DNA of 63,208 bases, counting the filler, from Folioceros fuciformis (lineage: Eukaryota), in the NCBI GenBank assembly GCA_049999805.1. It is 5 parts of 3 records of this genome, joined end to end, with 100 filler letters (N's around TTAATTAATTAA, not from the genome) between each part and the next. Parts side by side here need not be neighbours in the genome. Positions count along the whole stretch, not along the records: positions 38,339 to 54,790 come from JBNGIO010005845.1; positions 54,891 to 61,817 come from JBNGIO010005848.1; 3 more parts are not named here. One strand, given 5' to 3'. The notes beneath the pieces are model-generated. The model was not told the DNA's origin and searched no databases. It saw only the letters and a program-made list of their open reading frames with translations. Position numbers and translations under genes: made by a program. Shown here one piece after another: positions 50,034 through 61,364 of this stretch (position 1 is its first letter; every line of letters begins with the position of its first letter).

Positions 50034-52430
50034 TCACGCTCGACCCTTGCAACTGCAGAAACCACCTGCGAATCGATGCACACGGTACCCATCCCTTACG
50101 ACGATGTCTCTCTGTTCAATCCTTGACAGGATCTCCGTGGAAGTGTGGCAGTCGCTGCACATGCGTAGATTCTTCGTTACCAACAGGGGTGTCCCACTCG
50201 GAGTGTTCAACAGACCAAACGCCAGAGCAAGCTTCTCAGCATGTCCACAAAGCATATCCTCCTTTTCCTCTTCAGACAATGGCTTCAAGACCAACTTTGT
50301 GTGAGGTTCATGGCCTCCTTCCTGCTTCACACGTGCTTTCGTGCTCTCCACCTGAAGAGCGATATCCTCTCTCCTTTCTCCCACCGTAAACCTATGTAGG
50401 TCCTTATTCACCTCAATGGTTGCCACTGCATTTTTTTTGTCAGCTCCTGCTAACCTTCTCCGTGTTTCTATCCTATCTACATCAGTCCACCTACCGGCAT
50501 CTGCATAGGCATTGGCCATCAGCACATACGCCGGTGCCTCCTGTGGGACCAGCCTGACAATGCTTTCAAAACAACGCAGCGCCCTCTCTATATCCCTGTA
50601 CATTTTGCAGGCATTCAACAAGGTCCTCAAGCCCACAACATTACTTTGGTCCTCACATGACAAAAGCATCTTCTCAGCCTCGTCTAAATGGCCTGCCCGC
50701 CCAAGAAGATCAACCATGCAGGTGTAATGCTCAATAGTGGGTTTGATGCCATGCTGTGTAGCCATGGAATCAAAGTGCTTGCGACCCTCCTGGACCAGCC
50801 CCCCATGACTGCATGCGACTAAAAGGCAGGTAAAAGTAGCACCATCAGGTTGGATACCGGCATCTAACATCTCCTCAAAACAAGCTAGTGCTCTGTGAGC
50901 ATCGTCACAAGTACCATACGCAGATATCAGCGCCGTCCAGGTAACTGAGTCCTTCGAGGCCATGCTGTCAAACACTTGGCGGGCATCTTCCAGCTCACCA
51001 CATTTTGCATACATGTCAACTAGGCAGGTGCCCACCAGTATGTCACTCAGGAGTCCTTTTTTGACAATCTGCGAGTGCAGATCCCTACCTTTTTGTAAGG
51101 CACCAGTGCTTGCACAGGCCTTTAGAAGGCAAGCAAAAGTAAAATGGTCAGCCAAGACCAGCCCCTCCTGCTCCATTCGTGCATACAAAAGCAGTGCCTC
51201 ATGTCCGAGCTCTTGATCGGCATAGCCAGCAATGAGCGCCGTCCATGTCACTACATTCTTGGTGGGCATTCTGTCAAAAACCAGGCGTGCATCTTTCAGT
51301 TCACCACATTTTACATACCCAGACACCAGCGCCGTCCATGTCACTACATTCTTTGTGGCCATGTTGTCAAACACCTGGCGTGCCTCTTTCACTTCACCAC
51401 ATTTTGAGTACATGTCCACCAGAGAGGTGCCAACAAACAAGTTATCCGGAATGCCACTCCGCAACACATCACAGTGAACATTTCTGCCGGATTCCAAGTC
51501 GGCCGCAACTGCACAAGCTTGAAGGGCAGCTACAAAAACATGAGCATCTGCCTTCACTCCTGACCTACGCATCTCGTGGTACAGCTGGATGGCCTCCTTA
51601 GGCTTCCCATGTTTGGCATATGCAGAGATGATTGAACCCCACGTGATAACATCTGGTTTGCTGACCCTGGTGAACACATCCTTGACCTCCTCTAGCCTGC
51701 CACCACATGCATACATTCGCAGGATATGATTCCCCAAGTACGCATTCGATCCGGACCCCAGTTTGACGCTGAGGTTATGAACTCGTCGCCCCGCAACCAG
51801 ATCCTTCTTGACTGTACACAGTTTCAGCACAGTGCAAAACAGAGACACAGGAATGACGGAGTCTGTCTGCGCAAGAGCTTCCAGGGCTCTAACGGCATCA
51901 GAAAGCTTCCCCTCCTGACAGAACGTGTTCACGATAGCTGCCGTGACGACACCAATTCCCCATCCTGCGCGCCTGCCAGTTTCCAGCTTATCTGGTGACC
52001 TGGACTTGGAAGGAAAGGCTCCGCGGCCCATCTCCATATCCGAGGCAACCAGCTGTTCATCAACCCAAGCTGGCTTCAACAAGTCTTTTACCCACAGCAC
52101 CTCCCCGGACCCCTTACGACGGAAGTCAGGCGATCGAGACCTCGTCTTGTCTCGTCTGTTGTCCCACCACCTGGTAGGCTCCAGAAACAATTGTTGCCAC
52201 AATTGCTCCTGCTCTTGCTGCTGGCGACGGCCATCGCTAGATAACCCGTCCCCACCCACACACTTTTTGGGAAGTGGAGATGATCGGCTCCTGACACTGC
52301 TGCACCTGGAGGGTTGCTTGTTTGCCGGGGATTGACTTCCTGAGGTGAGGTGAGCGGGAGCGCCTGGTAGAATCCCTGTGCGAACACCGATTTGTTGGGA
52401 CCACAACACTCCCCGCGCGCATCGACGCAT
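50034..52430 (-). CDS. Intact PDF-PLS-PPR-E1-E2-DYW:KP (GRP-type) protein; candidate organellar U-to-C RNA editing factor
   Basis: R/S-rich transit-like N-terminus, PDF motif, 13 PPR motifs, KNAVATIEV box, LVLKP, CGHAEKLA, MCSDCH, ends CSCKGRA. Confidence 0.95.
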   Translation of the reverse strand: MRRCARGVLWSQQIGVRTGILPGAPAHLTSGSQSPANKQPSRCSSVRSRSSPLPKKCVGGDGLSSDGRRQQQEQEQLWQQLFLEPTRWWDNRRDKTRSRSPDFRRKGSGEVLWVKDLLKPAWVDEQLVASDMEMGRGAFPSKSRSPDKLETGRRAGWGIGVVTAAIVNTFCQEGKLSDAVRALEALAQTDSVIPVSLFCTVLKLCTVKKDLVAGRRVHNLSVKLGSGSNAYLGNHILRMYACGGRLEEVKDVFTRVSKPDVITWGSIISAYAKHGKPKEAIQLYHEMRRSGVKADAHVFVAALQACAVAADLESGRNVHCDVLRSGIPDNLFVGTSLVDMYSKCGEVKEARQVFDNMATKNVVTWTALVSGYVKCGELKDARLVFDRMPTKNVVTWTALIAGYADQELGHEALLLYARMEQEGLVLADHFTFACLLKACASTGALQKGRDLHSQIVKKGLLSDILVGTCLVDMYAKCGELEDARQVFDSMASKDSVTWTALISAYGTCDDAHRALACFEEMLDAGIQPDGATFTCLLVACSHGGLVQEGRKHFDSMATQHGIKPTIEHYTCMVDLLGRAGHLDEAEKMLLSCEDQSNVVGLRTLLNACKMYRDIERALRCFESIVRLVPQEAPAYVLMANAYADAGRWTDVDRIETRRRLAGADKKNAVATIEVNKDLHRFTVGERREDIALQVESTKARVKQEGGHEPHTKLVLKPLSEEEKEDMLCGHAEKLALAFGLLNTPSGTPLLVTKNLRMCSDCHTSTEILSRIEQRDIVVRDGYRVHRFAGGFCSCKGRA

Positions 52431-53130
52431 CGCCTTACCATGCGGCGAGAAGGAGGACGGCGTGGGGCAACCGCAAGTGCGGTCGGGGACGTAGACTGGT
52501 ACCTACGAAGTAATGCCGGTTCCTAGTCCAGAGACACCGGCCCGTGCCATTCCCATCAGCAACTAAATGCCATACAACTCCCTCCGTCTATGCTCCTGTC
52601 TCAAACCGCCCACCTTATCTGTGTGTGAGTTTCCAACATTCCATGAACAGCTCCCAACAAGACGAGCCCGAGTCCTCCAGCCAGTGCTCACTGCTTGCTC
52701 GGGTCTCTCCAAGGACACCAACCATGCTAATCCTCTTCTTTGTCCAAAACAAAACCTTACGAAATAACGGCATTACATACCATGTTGGAAGCAAACACCC
52801 TTGTTGTTCAACGGGGATTCAACACAAGGTCTCCTCCTCCTGCACGCACGGAGTCCCAAGGAACGTGGAAAATTGAGTTTGTCGGACGCGGATGAAGGGC
52901 AAGCAGCTCATCGGCTTTCTGTTCTACAGAGTCCAGCCGGCCGGAGAGCCCGAGCAGCTCAAGCATACTTTCTAGACCGATCTAAGTACTGTAGCTTGCA
53001 TATCCCTTCCTCCCAGGTACGCACAGCGAGCTTCAGGTTCGCCTTTTGGAACAATGTGTAAGACGTGAGAAGCAGCTGTGGGCTGTGGATTCTTCCTTGC
53101 GTTTGTGGGCTGTGGATTCTTCCTTGCGTT

Positions 53131-54718
53131 TGTCATGCTTATTGCTGTATGGGAAACAGAGCACCTAAGACTCTATGACTGGATACTGACTAGAGCATCC
53201 TGGGCATCTATGACTGGATACTGACTAGAGCATCCTGGGCATAAGCCCTGAATGCTGAAATGACTAGATACTGACTGGAGCATCTCGGGCATAAGCCCTG
53301 ATGCTGAAGTGCTTGATGATGTCATGTACATGGCCCATGGATGGCCTGCACATGACATGTATGCCATATATGCATGTGTGCCATGTATGCATGCATATGG
53401 AGATGAAGGATGACATGTGATGTATGTGGACATGTGGCAGGTGATGTGTCATGGCGCATGCAACCTATATGCATGGTTGTGCATGAAAGGCGCGGTGCTA
53501 TGCCGCATATATAGATAGCAGATTTATATTAGAAGATATTAGAAAATACATAAAAATCATAAATCAAGGAAAGTAGGATTATAAAGTGCCCACCATCGAT
53601 ACGGGTGGACACTTCATCGAGAACTCCTGGGGGTTTTTGCCTATATATGTAGGCACCCAGCCATGGATTCTCGGATTGTTGATGTTTGTCTTGTTCCAAT
53701 AGACAGCCATACTTCGTCCCTGCTGTGTCTTTGTCTCCTAGAGGTTCTTGTGGTTCGTTGCATTGCCAGGTTGGGAGAATTTTCCAGCTTGATTTCACCN
53801 NNNNNNNNNNNNNNNNNNNNNNNNNNNNNNNNNNNNNNNNNNNNNNNNNNNNNNNNNNNNNNNNNNNNNNNNNNNNNNNNNNNNNNNNNNNNNNNNNNNG
53901 CAAACCTAGTCTCTTTTTGTAGCCTTGCTCTTGGCCATAGGCCAAGGACAAATTAAGGCTAGGATTGTTGCTCCTGGGCCGAAGGCCAAGGAGATCGCAG
54001 GCAGGCGGAAGCTTAGTGACCTAGCTTGGTAGACAGGCTAGGTAGGCATGCAGCTATGCGGCTGCTGCGCGACAGCTGTCATGCTGTTGCTGTATGGGAA
54101 ACAGAGCACCTAAGACTCTATGACTGGATACTGACTAGAGCATTCTGGGCATAAGCCCTGAATGCTGAAATGACTAGATACTGACTGGAGCATCTCGGGC
54201 ATAAGCCCTGATGCTGAAGTGCTTGATGATGTCATGTACATGGCCCATGGATGGCCTGCACATGACATGTATGCCATATATGCATGTGTGCCATGTATGC
54301 ATGCATATGGAGATGAAGGATGACATGTGATGTATGTGGACATGTGGCAGGTGATGTGTCATGGCGCATGCAACCTATATGCATGGTTGTGCATGAAAGG
54401 CGCGGTGCTATGCCGCATATATAGATAGCAGATTTATATTAGAAGATATTAGAAAATACATAAAAATCATAAATCAAGGAAAGTAGGATTATAAAGTGCC
54501 CACCATCGATACGGGTGGACACTTCATCGAGAACTCCTGGGGGTTTTTGCCTATATATGTAGGCACCCAGCCATGGATTCTCGGATTGTTGATGTTTGTC
54601 TTGTTCCAATAGACAGCCATACTTCGTCCCTGCTGTGTCTTTGTCTCCTAGAGGTTCTTGTGGTTCGTTGCATTGCCAGGTTGGGAGAATTTTCCAGCTT
54701 GATTTCACCACATCAACA
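53131..54718. repeat. Two near-identical ~650-bp LTR-like direct repeats (53131-53799, 54078-54718) separated by a gap
   Basis: Both begin TGTCATGC and contain gactggatactgactagagc subrepeats; the second ends CA; the duplication may be an assembly artefact. Confidence 0.7.
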
Positions 54719-54890
54719 ATCCGCTTGTTGGGGACTAAGATACAGTACTGGAGGAGACTGTGGCGCGCTGGAGATTGGATGAAGAGGCGGNNNNNNNNNN
54801 NNNNNNNNNNNNNNNNNNNNNNNNNNNNNNNNNNTTAATTAATTAANNNNNNNNNNNNNNNNNNNNNNNNNNNNNNNNNNNNNNNNNNNN

Positions 54891-57800
54891 GTGCCGAGCG
54901 ATCGCCAGGGTGCGGCCAGGCAAGCCGCCAGACGCGGGCAACAATCCCGGTCGGCGAATCCTGGCAGCGCGGTGTCGACAAGTGTCAATCGCGGCTGGCG
55001 GATACCAGTCCTGCGGACGAGCGAGGTTACGAAGCCGAATCGCGGGCTGTCGTCGCATGTGAAAGTCGCTAACGCCAGACACAAGATTGCAAGTGCCAGA
55101 GCACCGACGTCGAGGGCAAAGACGAGAGCTAGTTGGGATCCCGGCCGCAAGGTGGAATCTGATCTCAACGGAGGATTTAGGTTTGACGTGTCATCCTAAA
55201 TTGTGGACAGAAGAATCGGAACGAGGGTAACAGAATCTACATTACATTTCGACAGTTTCTAACTAGCGTTTTGCTTGATTTGCATCAATTTTGAAACATG
55301 GCGTCCTCAGAAAACGTCATGTTCAATATCGAAAAGTTAGATGGTACTAACTTCTCGTTCTGGAAAGAACAAGTGTATAATGGTCTAGTACAGAAGAAGC
55401 AGATCAAGCCCATAAAGTTGCTAGGAGTGAAACCTGTTAGCATGACCCAGGATGAGTGGCAGGATTTAGATGAGCTTGCTAGGTCTACCATCATGCTAAC
55501 ATTGTCAAAGTCGGTCTACTTCAACGTGAAAGACAAGACCACAAGCTACGAGCTATGGCAGAAGTTGTGTGACCTGTACAAGAAGCAAAGTGCGGCTTCT
55601 CAGGTGTACTGGTTGAAACAACTGGTGGACTTGAAGATGAAGGAAGGGACGAGGATGTCATATCATCTGAACGAGTTCAATACCATTTTCAGCCAACTCT
55701 CATCTCAAGGTATCTTGTTCCCAGACTCCGTGAGAGCTATGTTTCTGTTGGTCACATCACCAGAGAGCTGGGACACCTTTTGTACAGCTCTGAGTAATTC
55801 CGCTCCTGCCAGTGGTCTTACCATTGTAAATGTTGAAGGTAGCCTGTTAACAGAGGAGGTGAACAGGAAGAATATGGAACCTTCGAAAGGTTCCAATGCC
55901 CTCATGGTAAGAGGAAGGTCCACTTCAAAGGGGAAGTACAAGGAGCGAAGTTCTTCCCGTAGTAAATCTCGTAGTCGTAACAATGTTGAGTGCTACCATT
56001 GTCACAAGAAGGGGCACATCAGGAAGGATTGCGAGAAGTTCAAGAAGGACAAAGGAAAGGAGAAGAAGCAAAGCGACAACAAAGCAAGTTCGAGTACCAA
56101 GCCTAACGAGGTGAATTCTGTTGACGATGGAGATGTACTTATCTCTTCTTCCTTCGATTCTGCACAACTGACAGCCGTGGAGAGTCACTTATTCTCTAAT
56201 TGGATAATTGACTCTGGAGCATCTTTTCATGTTACTCCGCATAGAGAGTGGTTTAGCACATATGATGCTACTAGGAAAGGATGTGTACGGCTTGGAAATA
56301 ACTACGCATGCGAGATTGTAGGCGTTGGTGATGTGCAGTTGAAGTTCGACAACGGATCTTCATTCGTACTAAAGGATGTTAGGCATGTTCCCAAGTTGGC
56401 TAAGAGCATGATTAGTGCAGGGCAGTTGGATGACGCTGGCTACCATTGTTGGTTTGGAGATCGTTCTTGGAAGATCTCCAAAGGCTCTCTTGTGTTAGCT
56501 CGTGGATTGAAGTGTGGCACTTTGTACTCACTTCAGGTAACCATTGTCAAGGATCATGTGATTTGTGTCACGGAACAGGCAAGTGTTTCCTTGTGGCATA
56601 GTCGGTTAGGACACATGTCTCAGAAAGGAATGAAGATACTATCTCGTTTTGGTTACGTCCCTGCTTTTGACTTCTCCGATTTCTCCGTGTGTGAGCACTG
56701 TCTGTATGGGAAACAGACCAAGTCACCACATGGAGCAAGAGGTAAACACAAAAATAAACCTCTTGAGTTGGTTCATAGTGACGTCTGTGGACCTATGCCC
56801 ACTGTATCGTTAGGCAGTGCGTTCTATTTTGTCACTTTCATACATGATTTCTCACGCAAGGTGTGGGTTTATCCTTTGAGGAAAAAGGATGATGTTCTGA
56901 CAGTGTTTCAGAAGTTCGTCACCCTTGTGGAGAATCAGTCTGGCTTGCGATTGAAATGTCTAAGAACAAACAATGGAGGAGAGTATGTTTCGAAGGCTTT
57001 TCAGTCTTTCTGTGATTCCAAGGGAATTAGGAGAGAATTGACTGCCCCGTACACTCCCCCCCAAAATGGTGTGGCCGAACGGATGAACAGGACCATCCAG
57101 GAGAGGATGTGTAGTTTGTTATCAAACTCTGGATTGCCTAACGGATTTTGGGCAGAAGCAGTTGCTACTGCAGTGCATCTTATTAACAAATCTCCTAATA
57201 GGGCTGTGGATGAACAGGTTCCAGAGGAAATGTGGTCTGGCAACCAGCCGTCATATAAGCATCTACGAGTATTTGGCTGCGAGGCATACTACCATGTTCC
57301 GGAGGAGTTTCGGGACAAGTTCGCACCTAAGTCCAAGAAATGTATTTTTCTTGGCTATGGTGAATCTGGTGAGATGGGATACCGTCTATGGGATCCAGAA
57401 GCCAAGAGGATGGTTCGCAGCAATGACGTATTCTTCAATGAGACCAAGATGCACAAGAAACCTACTCCAACTGTGGAGGTACGACGGGTGGTCTTCCAAG
57501 AAGACGGATTTGACAGTCCTGTGCAGGTTGAACGTCGTGATGTGCAGGAACAAGTTCCTCCACTAGTACAAGAGGAGAGAGTGCAACCAGCTCCGGTCGA
57601 GGCGCCAGTACTTTGCAGGTCAGGAAGGATTTCACGTGCTTCTGACAGGTATGTTGCATCTCTTGATTATGTCATGCTGACAGATTGTGGGGAGCCCTCT
57701 TGTTACCAAGAGGCCATGTCAGTGATTGACAAGGACAAGTGGGAGAAGGCAATGCAGTCGCAAATGGATTCACTCCACAAGAACCAAACTTGGGAATTGA

Positions 57801-59560
57801 TTCGGTTACCTAAGGGCAAAAAGGCGTTGCCATGCAAATGGGTGTATAAGATGAAAGACATACCCCATTATGGCAAACCCAAGTACAAGGCACGATTGGT
57901 TGCAAAGGGTTTTAAGCAACAGCAAGGTATTGACTTTGATGAGATTTTCTCACCGGTTGTCAAAATAACCACCTTGCGATGTGTTCTTGGTCTGGTTGCA
58001 AGGCTCGACATGGAACTTGTCCAAATGGATGTGAAGTCGGCATTTTTGCATGGTGATCTCCAGGAAGAGGTATTCATGCAACAACCAGAGGGTTTCATTG
58101 AGAAGGGCAAAGAGAATCTGGTGTGCAGGTTAAAAAAGAGCCTTTATGGTTCGAAGCAGGCACCCAGGGAGTGGTATTTCAAGTTCCACTCATTTATGCT
58201 TTCTCAAGGCTACAAGCATAGCGATGAGGATCATTGCCTCTATACGAAGCAAGCTAAGGATGGAAGCTTGCTCATTCTGGTCCTCTATGTGGATGATATG
58301 CTAATTGCTGGGACTAACAGTGATGAGATTTCAACGTTGAAGTCAAAGTTGAATGGTCGCTTTGACATGACAGACTTGGGAGAGGCAAGCCATATTCTTG
58401 GCATGCGTATTCGTCGAGACAGACAGAAGCGTTTGCTGTACTTGTCTCAGACTGAATACATTAACAAGGTGCTTCAACGCTTCAGTATGGAGAAGGGGAA
58501 GATATTAAGTACTCCGTTGCCTCTATATGTGAAACTGTCGAGCAAGGATTGCCCAAGCTCTGCGGAGGACAAAGCTGAAATGGAGAAGGTTCCATACTCA
58601 TCAGCTGTAGGGAGTTTGATGTATGCAATGATTGCTACACGTCCTGACATTGCCTTTGCAGTGGGAGTGGTTAGCAGGTTTATGTCAAACCCTGGCAAGA
58701 AGCATTGGGAGGCAGTGAAAGGAGTTATGAGGTACTTGAATGGTACAAAAGCTTTGTGCTTATGTTTTGGTAGTGAAGATGCATCTGTAGTGGGCTATAC
58801 GGATGCTGATTATGCAGGGGATATGGACAAAAGGAGGTCCACATCAGGTTATGTCTTCATGTGCACTGGAGGGGCAGTTTCATGGCGATCGCGTTTGCAA
58901 TCGTGCATAACGCTATCTACCATAGAGGCCGAGTATGTTGCAGCGACTGAGGCGCGCAAGGAAGCCATGTGGCTTGCTCGTTTAGTGGGAGATTTGGGGA
59001 TCAAGATTGAGCTGCCAGTGTTGCATTGTGATAGCCAGAGTGCTATCCAATTGGCGAAGAATCTAGTGTTTCATGCGAAGACCAAACATGTAGAAGTGAA
59101 GTATCACTTCATTCGAGAGGTGTTGGAAGACAAGAGGGTACAACTTGTCAAAGTTCACACCAGTCAGAACCCTGCAGATGTTCTCACCAAGAGGCTCTCT
59201 TCGGAGCAATTCGCACAAGCTCGGACACTCATGGGCATGAGGAAGATCACTCTCCTATCAAGGTAATTGGCCTTTAAGGGGGCGGTTGTAGGGTTATTAA
59301 AGCCCAATGTGCCTAGACTAATGTGTGTAGTCTAAGATTAGTGTCTAGTTAAGTATCATTAGTTTAGATTAGCTTAAGCTAATCTCTAGGAAGCTTCTTG
59401 TGCAGCTTCCTGTAGGCTTCTTGTGAAGCTTCCTAGGGAGCTCTTCTAGAGGGTATAAATACCCCCTTGAACTCTCTTGTATGTGTGACTCTATTGTGAG
59501 AGTGTGACCTCTCTTTCTCCTCTCCTCCTTGCCTCCTTCTCTCCTCTCCTTCACCATGTA
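54891..59560 (+). mobile_element. Copia element C: leader, gag-pol, PPT (~59276-59286), 3' LTR from 59287 (end uncertain)
   Basis: aagggggcggt then TGTAGGG; TATA-like gggtataaata in the LTR. Confidence 0.92.
55298..59266 (+). CDS. Uninterrupted Copia Gag-Pol polyprotein (1322 aa)
   Basis: CYHCHKKGHIRKDC, WIIDSGAS, HSDVCGP, GVAERMNRT, YVDDML, YTDADYAGD. Confidence 0.96.
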   Translation: MASSENVMFNIEKLDGTNFSFWKEQVYNGLVQKKQIKPIKLLGVKPVSMTQDEWQDLDELARSTIMLTLSKSVYFNVKDKTTSYELWQKLCDLYKKQSAASQVYWLKQLVDLKMKEGTRMSYHLNEFNTIFSQLSSQGILFPDSVRAMFLLVTSPESWDTFCTALSNSAPASGLTIVNVEGSLLTEEVNRKNMEPSKGSNALMVRGRSTSKGKYKERSSSRSKSRSRNNVECYHCHKKGHIRKDCEKFKKDKGKEKKQSDNKASSSTKPNEVNSVDDGDVLISSSFDSAQLTAVESHLFSNWIIDSGASFHVTPHREWFSTYDATRKGCVRLGNNYACEIVGVGDVQLKFDNGSSFVLKDVRHVPKLAKSMISAGQLDDAGYHCWFGDRSWKISKGSLVLARGLKCGTLYSLQVTIVKDHVICVTEQASVSLWHSRLGHMSQKGMKILSRFGYVPAFDFSDFSVCEHCLYGKQTKSPHGARGKHKNKPLELVHSDVCGPMPTVSLGSAFYFVTFIHDFSRKVWVYPLRKKDDVLTVFQKFVTLVENQSGLRLKCLRTNNGGEYVSKAFQSFCDSKGIRRELTAPYTPPQNGVAERMNRTIQERMCSLLSNSGLPNGFWAEAVATAVHLINKSPNRAVDEQVPEEMWSGNQPSYKHLRVFGCEAYYHVPEEFRDKFAPKSKKCIFLGYGESGEMGYRLWDPEAKRMVRSNDVFFNETKMHKKPTPTVEVRRVVFQEDGFDSPVQVERRDVQEQVPPLVQEERVQPAPVEAPVLCRSGRISRASDRYVASLDYVMLTDCGEPSCYQEAMSVIDKDKWEKAMQSQMDSLHKNQTWELIRLPKGKKALPCKWVYKMKDIPHYGKPKYKARLVAKGFKQQQGIDFDEIFSPVVKITTLRCVLGLVARLDMELVQMDVKSAFLHGDLQEEVFMQQPEGFIEKGKENLVCRLKKSLYGSKQAPREWYFKFHSFMLSQGYKHSDEDHCLYTKQAKDGSLLILVLYVDDMLIAGTNSDEISTLKSKLNGRFDMTDLGEASHILGMRIRRDRQKRLLYLSQTEYINKVLQRFSMEKGKILSTPLPLYVKLSSKDCPSSAEDKAEMEKVPYSSAVGSLMYAMIATRPDIAFAVGVVSRFMSNPGKKHWEAVKGVMRYLNGTKALCLCFGSEDASVVGYTDADYAGDMDKRRSTSGYVFMCTGGAVSWRSRLQSCITLSTIEAEYVAATEARKEAMWLARLVGDLGIKIELPVLHCDSQSAIQLAKNLVFHAKTKHVEVKYHFIREVLEDKRVQLVKVHTSQNPADVLTKRLSSEQFAQARTLMGMRKITLLSR

Positions 59561-59564
59561 GCTC

Positions 59565-60250
59565 CTAGAGCGTTTCTTCATCCCCCGAACGCTTCCACAA
59601 GAAGAAGGTCAGCACCTGTTGTAAGCGTTTCACCTCTAGCTTGGAAGGGGCCCAAAAAAACAGATAATACCATAAAGAGGCAGTAAGGATATGATTAATC
59701 ACCACCAACCTACCTGCCACATTGAGCTCCAGCAACTGAAGACTAGCCACTTTGCGAATGAACCTGAGGCAGACGTACTTCCCAATCTCCCCATTCTCAT
59801 CGTCCTCTTGGAATGGAAGCCCCAAATACTTGTGAGTAGAACCTTGAGTCACTCGCCTAATGTGGTTAATACACTAAGGAGTCTCCCCGTCCAAGTGAAG
59901 ACACATCATGCACGTCTTACTCCAATTCACCTTACAACCCTATAGTTCGCCAAAGACCTTAACCTGTTGGAGCAACGCTTTCAATGAGGCCTCCTTAGCC
60001 GAAGAGAAGAGGAGAGTATCATCTGCAAATGCAGAGACCCTCAGCTGCGTTCCATCTGGGTTCCGAATTCCCATCACTGCCGGGTCTTGCTTGACTGCTT
60101 AGACAAAGAAGTCAGTGACGATGATAAATAAGAACGGAGCAAGGGGGCAACCCTGACGTACCGACTGAGAGATGCCAAAGCGTACCGTAAAGGACCCATT
60201 AACAGCCACCTTGGCTCTTGCGTCTTCACACAGAATGGCTATCCATCTGC
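59565..60250 (-). mobile_element. LINE (L1-like) reverse transcriptase fragment
   Basis: VRQGCPLAPFLF, FADDTLL, YLGLPF, GRLVVINHIL. Confidence 0.85.
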
Positions 60251-60399
60251 AGAACCCTAAACCCTAAAACCGAAACTATGCAGGCATCGCCACGGGAAAT
60301 GCCACTCAACAGAATCATAAGACTTGTAAAAATCAAGGGGAATGAAAACAGCGGCTTTCTTCTGTACCTGAGTGTTGAATTTTGCTTCCCTCAGGAGTA

Positions 60400-60870
60400 G
60401 CTCAGGCCTACTTGTTAATGGAGGAATCTAGCATGAGGGCCTGTAGCTCTTATCCATGATGCTTTTCCATGAGTGTGGCCTAAAGCCCCCTCATACCCTC
60501 ACAAAGGAAGGAGGGAAAAGAATGCATGACCAATCAGGCTTGTGTGGATAAGAGATCCCGGGCCCTCATGAGGGACTCCTGGAGGGGGAATGGCACCTCC
60601 TTAACTCCCGTGACAAACCCCTCCAAAACGCTCGACTTTCTGATGGAGAAGCGAGTCACCAAAGCTGGGAAACAGAGCACCCAACTACTAAGAAAAGCAA
60701 CTGGCGCCAAGGCCTCCATGGCCAATAGCCCAATGCCACTTGAAGCAATGGGTAGGGATGCCTGACTCCTAGCTAAATCCTCTGCAGTACAATCGAATGA
60801 ACTCGGGCTAACAATGTCCCCTAATTCCTTCAATACCTGCTTGTCGAAGTCCCTCTGTTTGGAAAGCAAA
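60400..60870 (-). mobile_element. Second non-LTR retrotransposon fragment (post-RT region, CRE-like)
   Basis: SQASLPIASSGIGL...APVAFLSSW resembles the QAxLPxxxGGLG..AFxxSW segment. Confidence 0.55.
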
Positions 60871-60935
60871 TCTAGCTTTGGATTTGCAAGAATTAAGTTG
60901 GAAACTACCTAGCCATTGGTAGTTGAGTTGAAAAC

Positions 60936-61364
60936 TCATATGCCACTAGTACCAGTAGACCGAAGTATTTTACAGTCTTCAGTGTACATGACGAGGTTAC
61001 CATTGCTCTGTAAGATGATGTAATGACCACCATCTTCACCACAACACATACCAATGCTAAACATTAAAACATTATCACCAGCAAACACCTCAGCATTCCC
61101 ATTGGTTTCCATCCTGAAGTAGCAGCTCTGATCCTTGTCCGAAGTATTGAAAGACCAAATTGCCACATTTTATGCTTAATTGTACAGCACCAAGTTGCAA
61201 TTAGCTTGCAAATTGAGCAAATAGGGCCAGATTGCAAGTTCGTCACCAGTATTTAGTTGATAGCCCTCTAATAGCACTTGGCTATTACCATGGACAACAT
61301 ACATAGTGGTAACACAAATACACAATATCAACCACAAGGAACTCATGACACAAGTACTACCCAT
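60936..61364 (-). pseudogene. Bulb-type (GNA-related) lectin with two in-frame TAA stops
   Basis: Signal peptide, QANCNLVLY, IWS, QSNGNLVMY; reads YN*A*NVAIW in one frame. Confidence 0.8.

Noticed and set aside
52567-53061. Possible first exon of a gene diverging from the DYW:KP gene
   Set aside because: In-frame stop at 52765-52767 and no recognisable homology
53131-54718. Possible small non-autonomous element with two LTRs
   Set aside because: No PBS, PPT or matching TSD found, and an N gap lies between near-identical copies, so false duplication cannot be excluded
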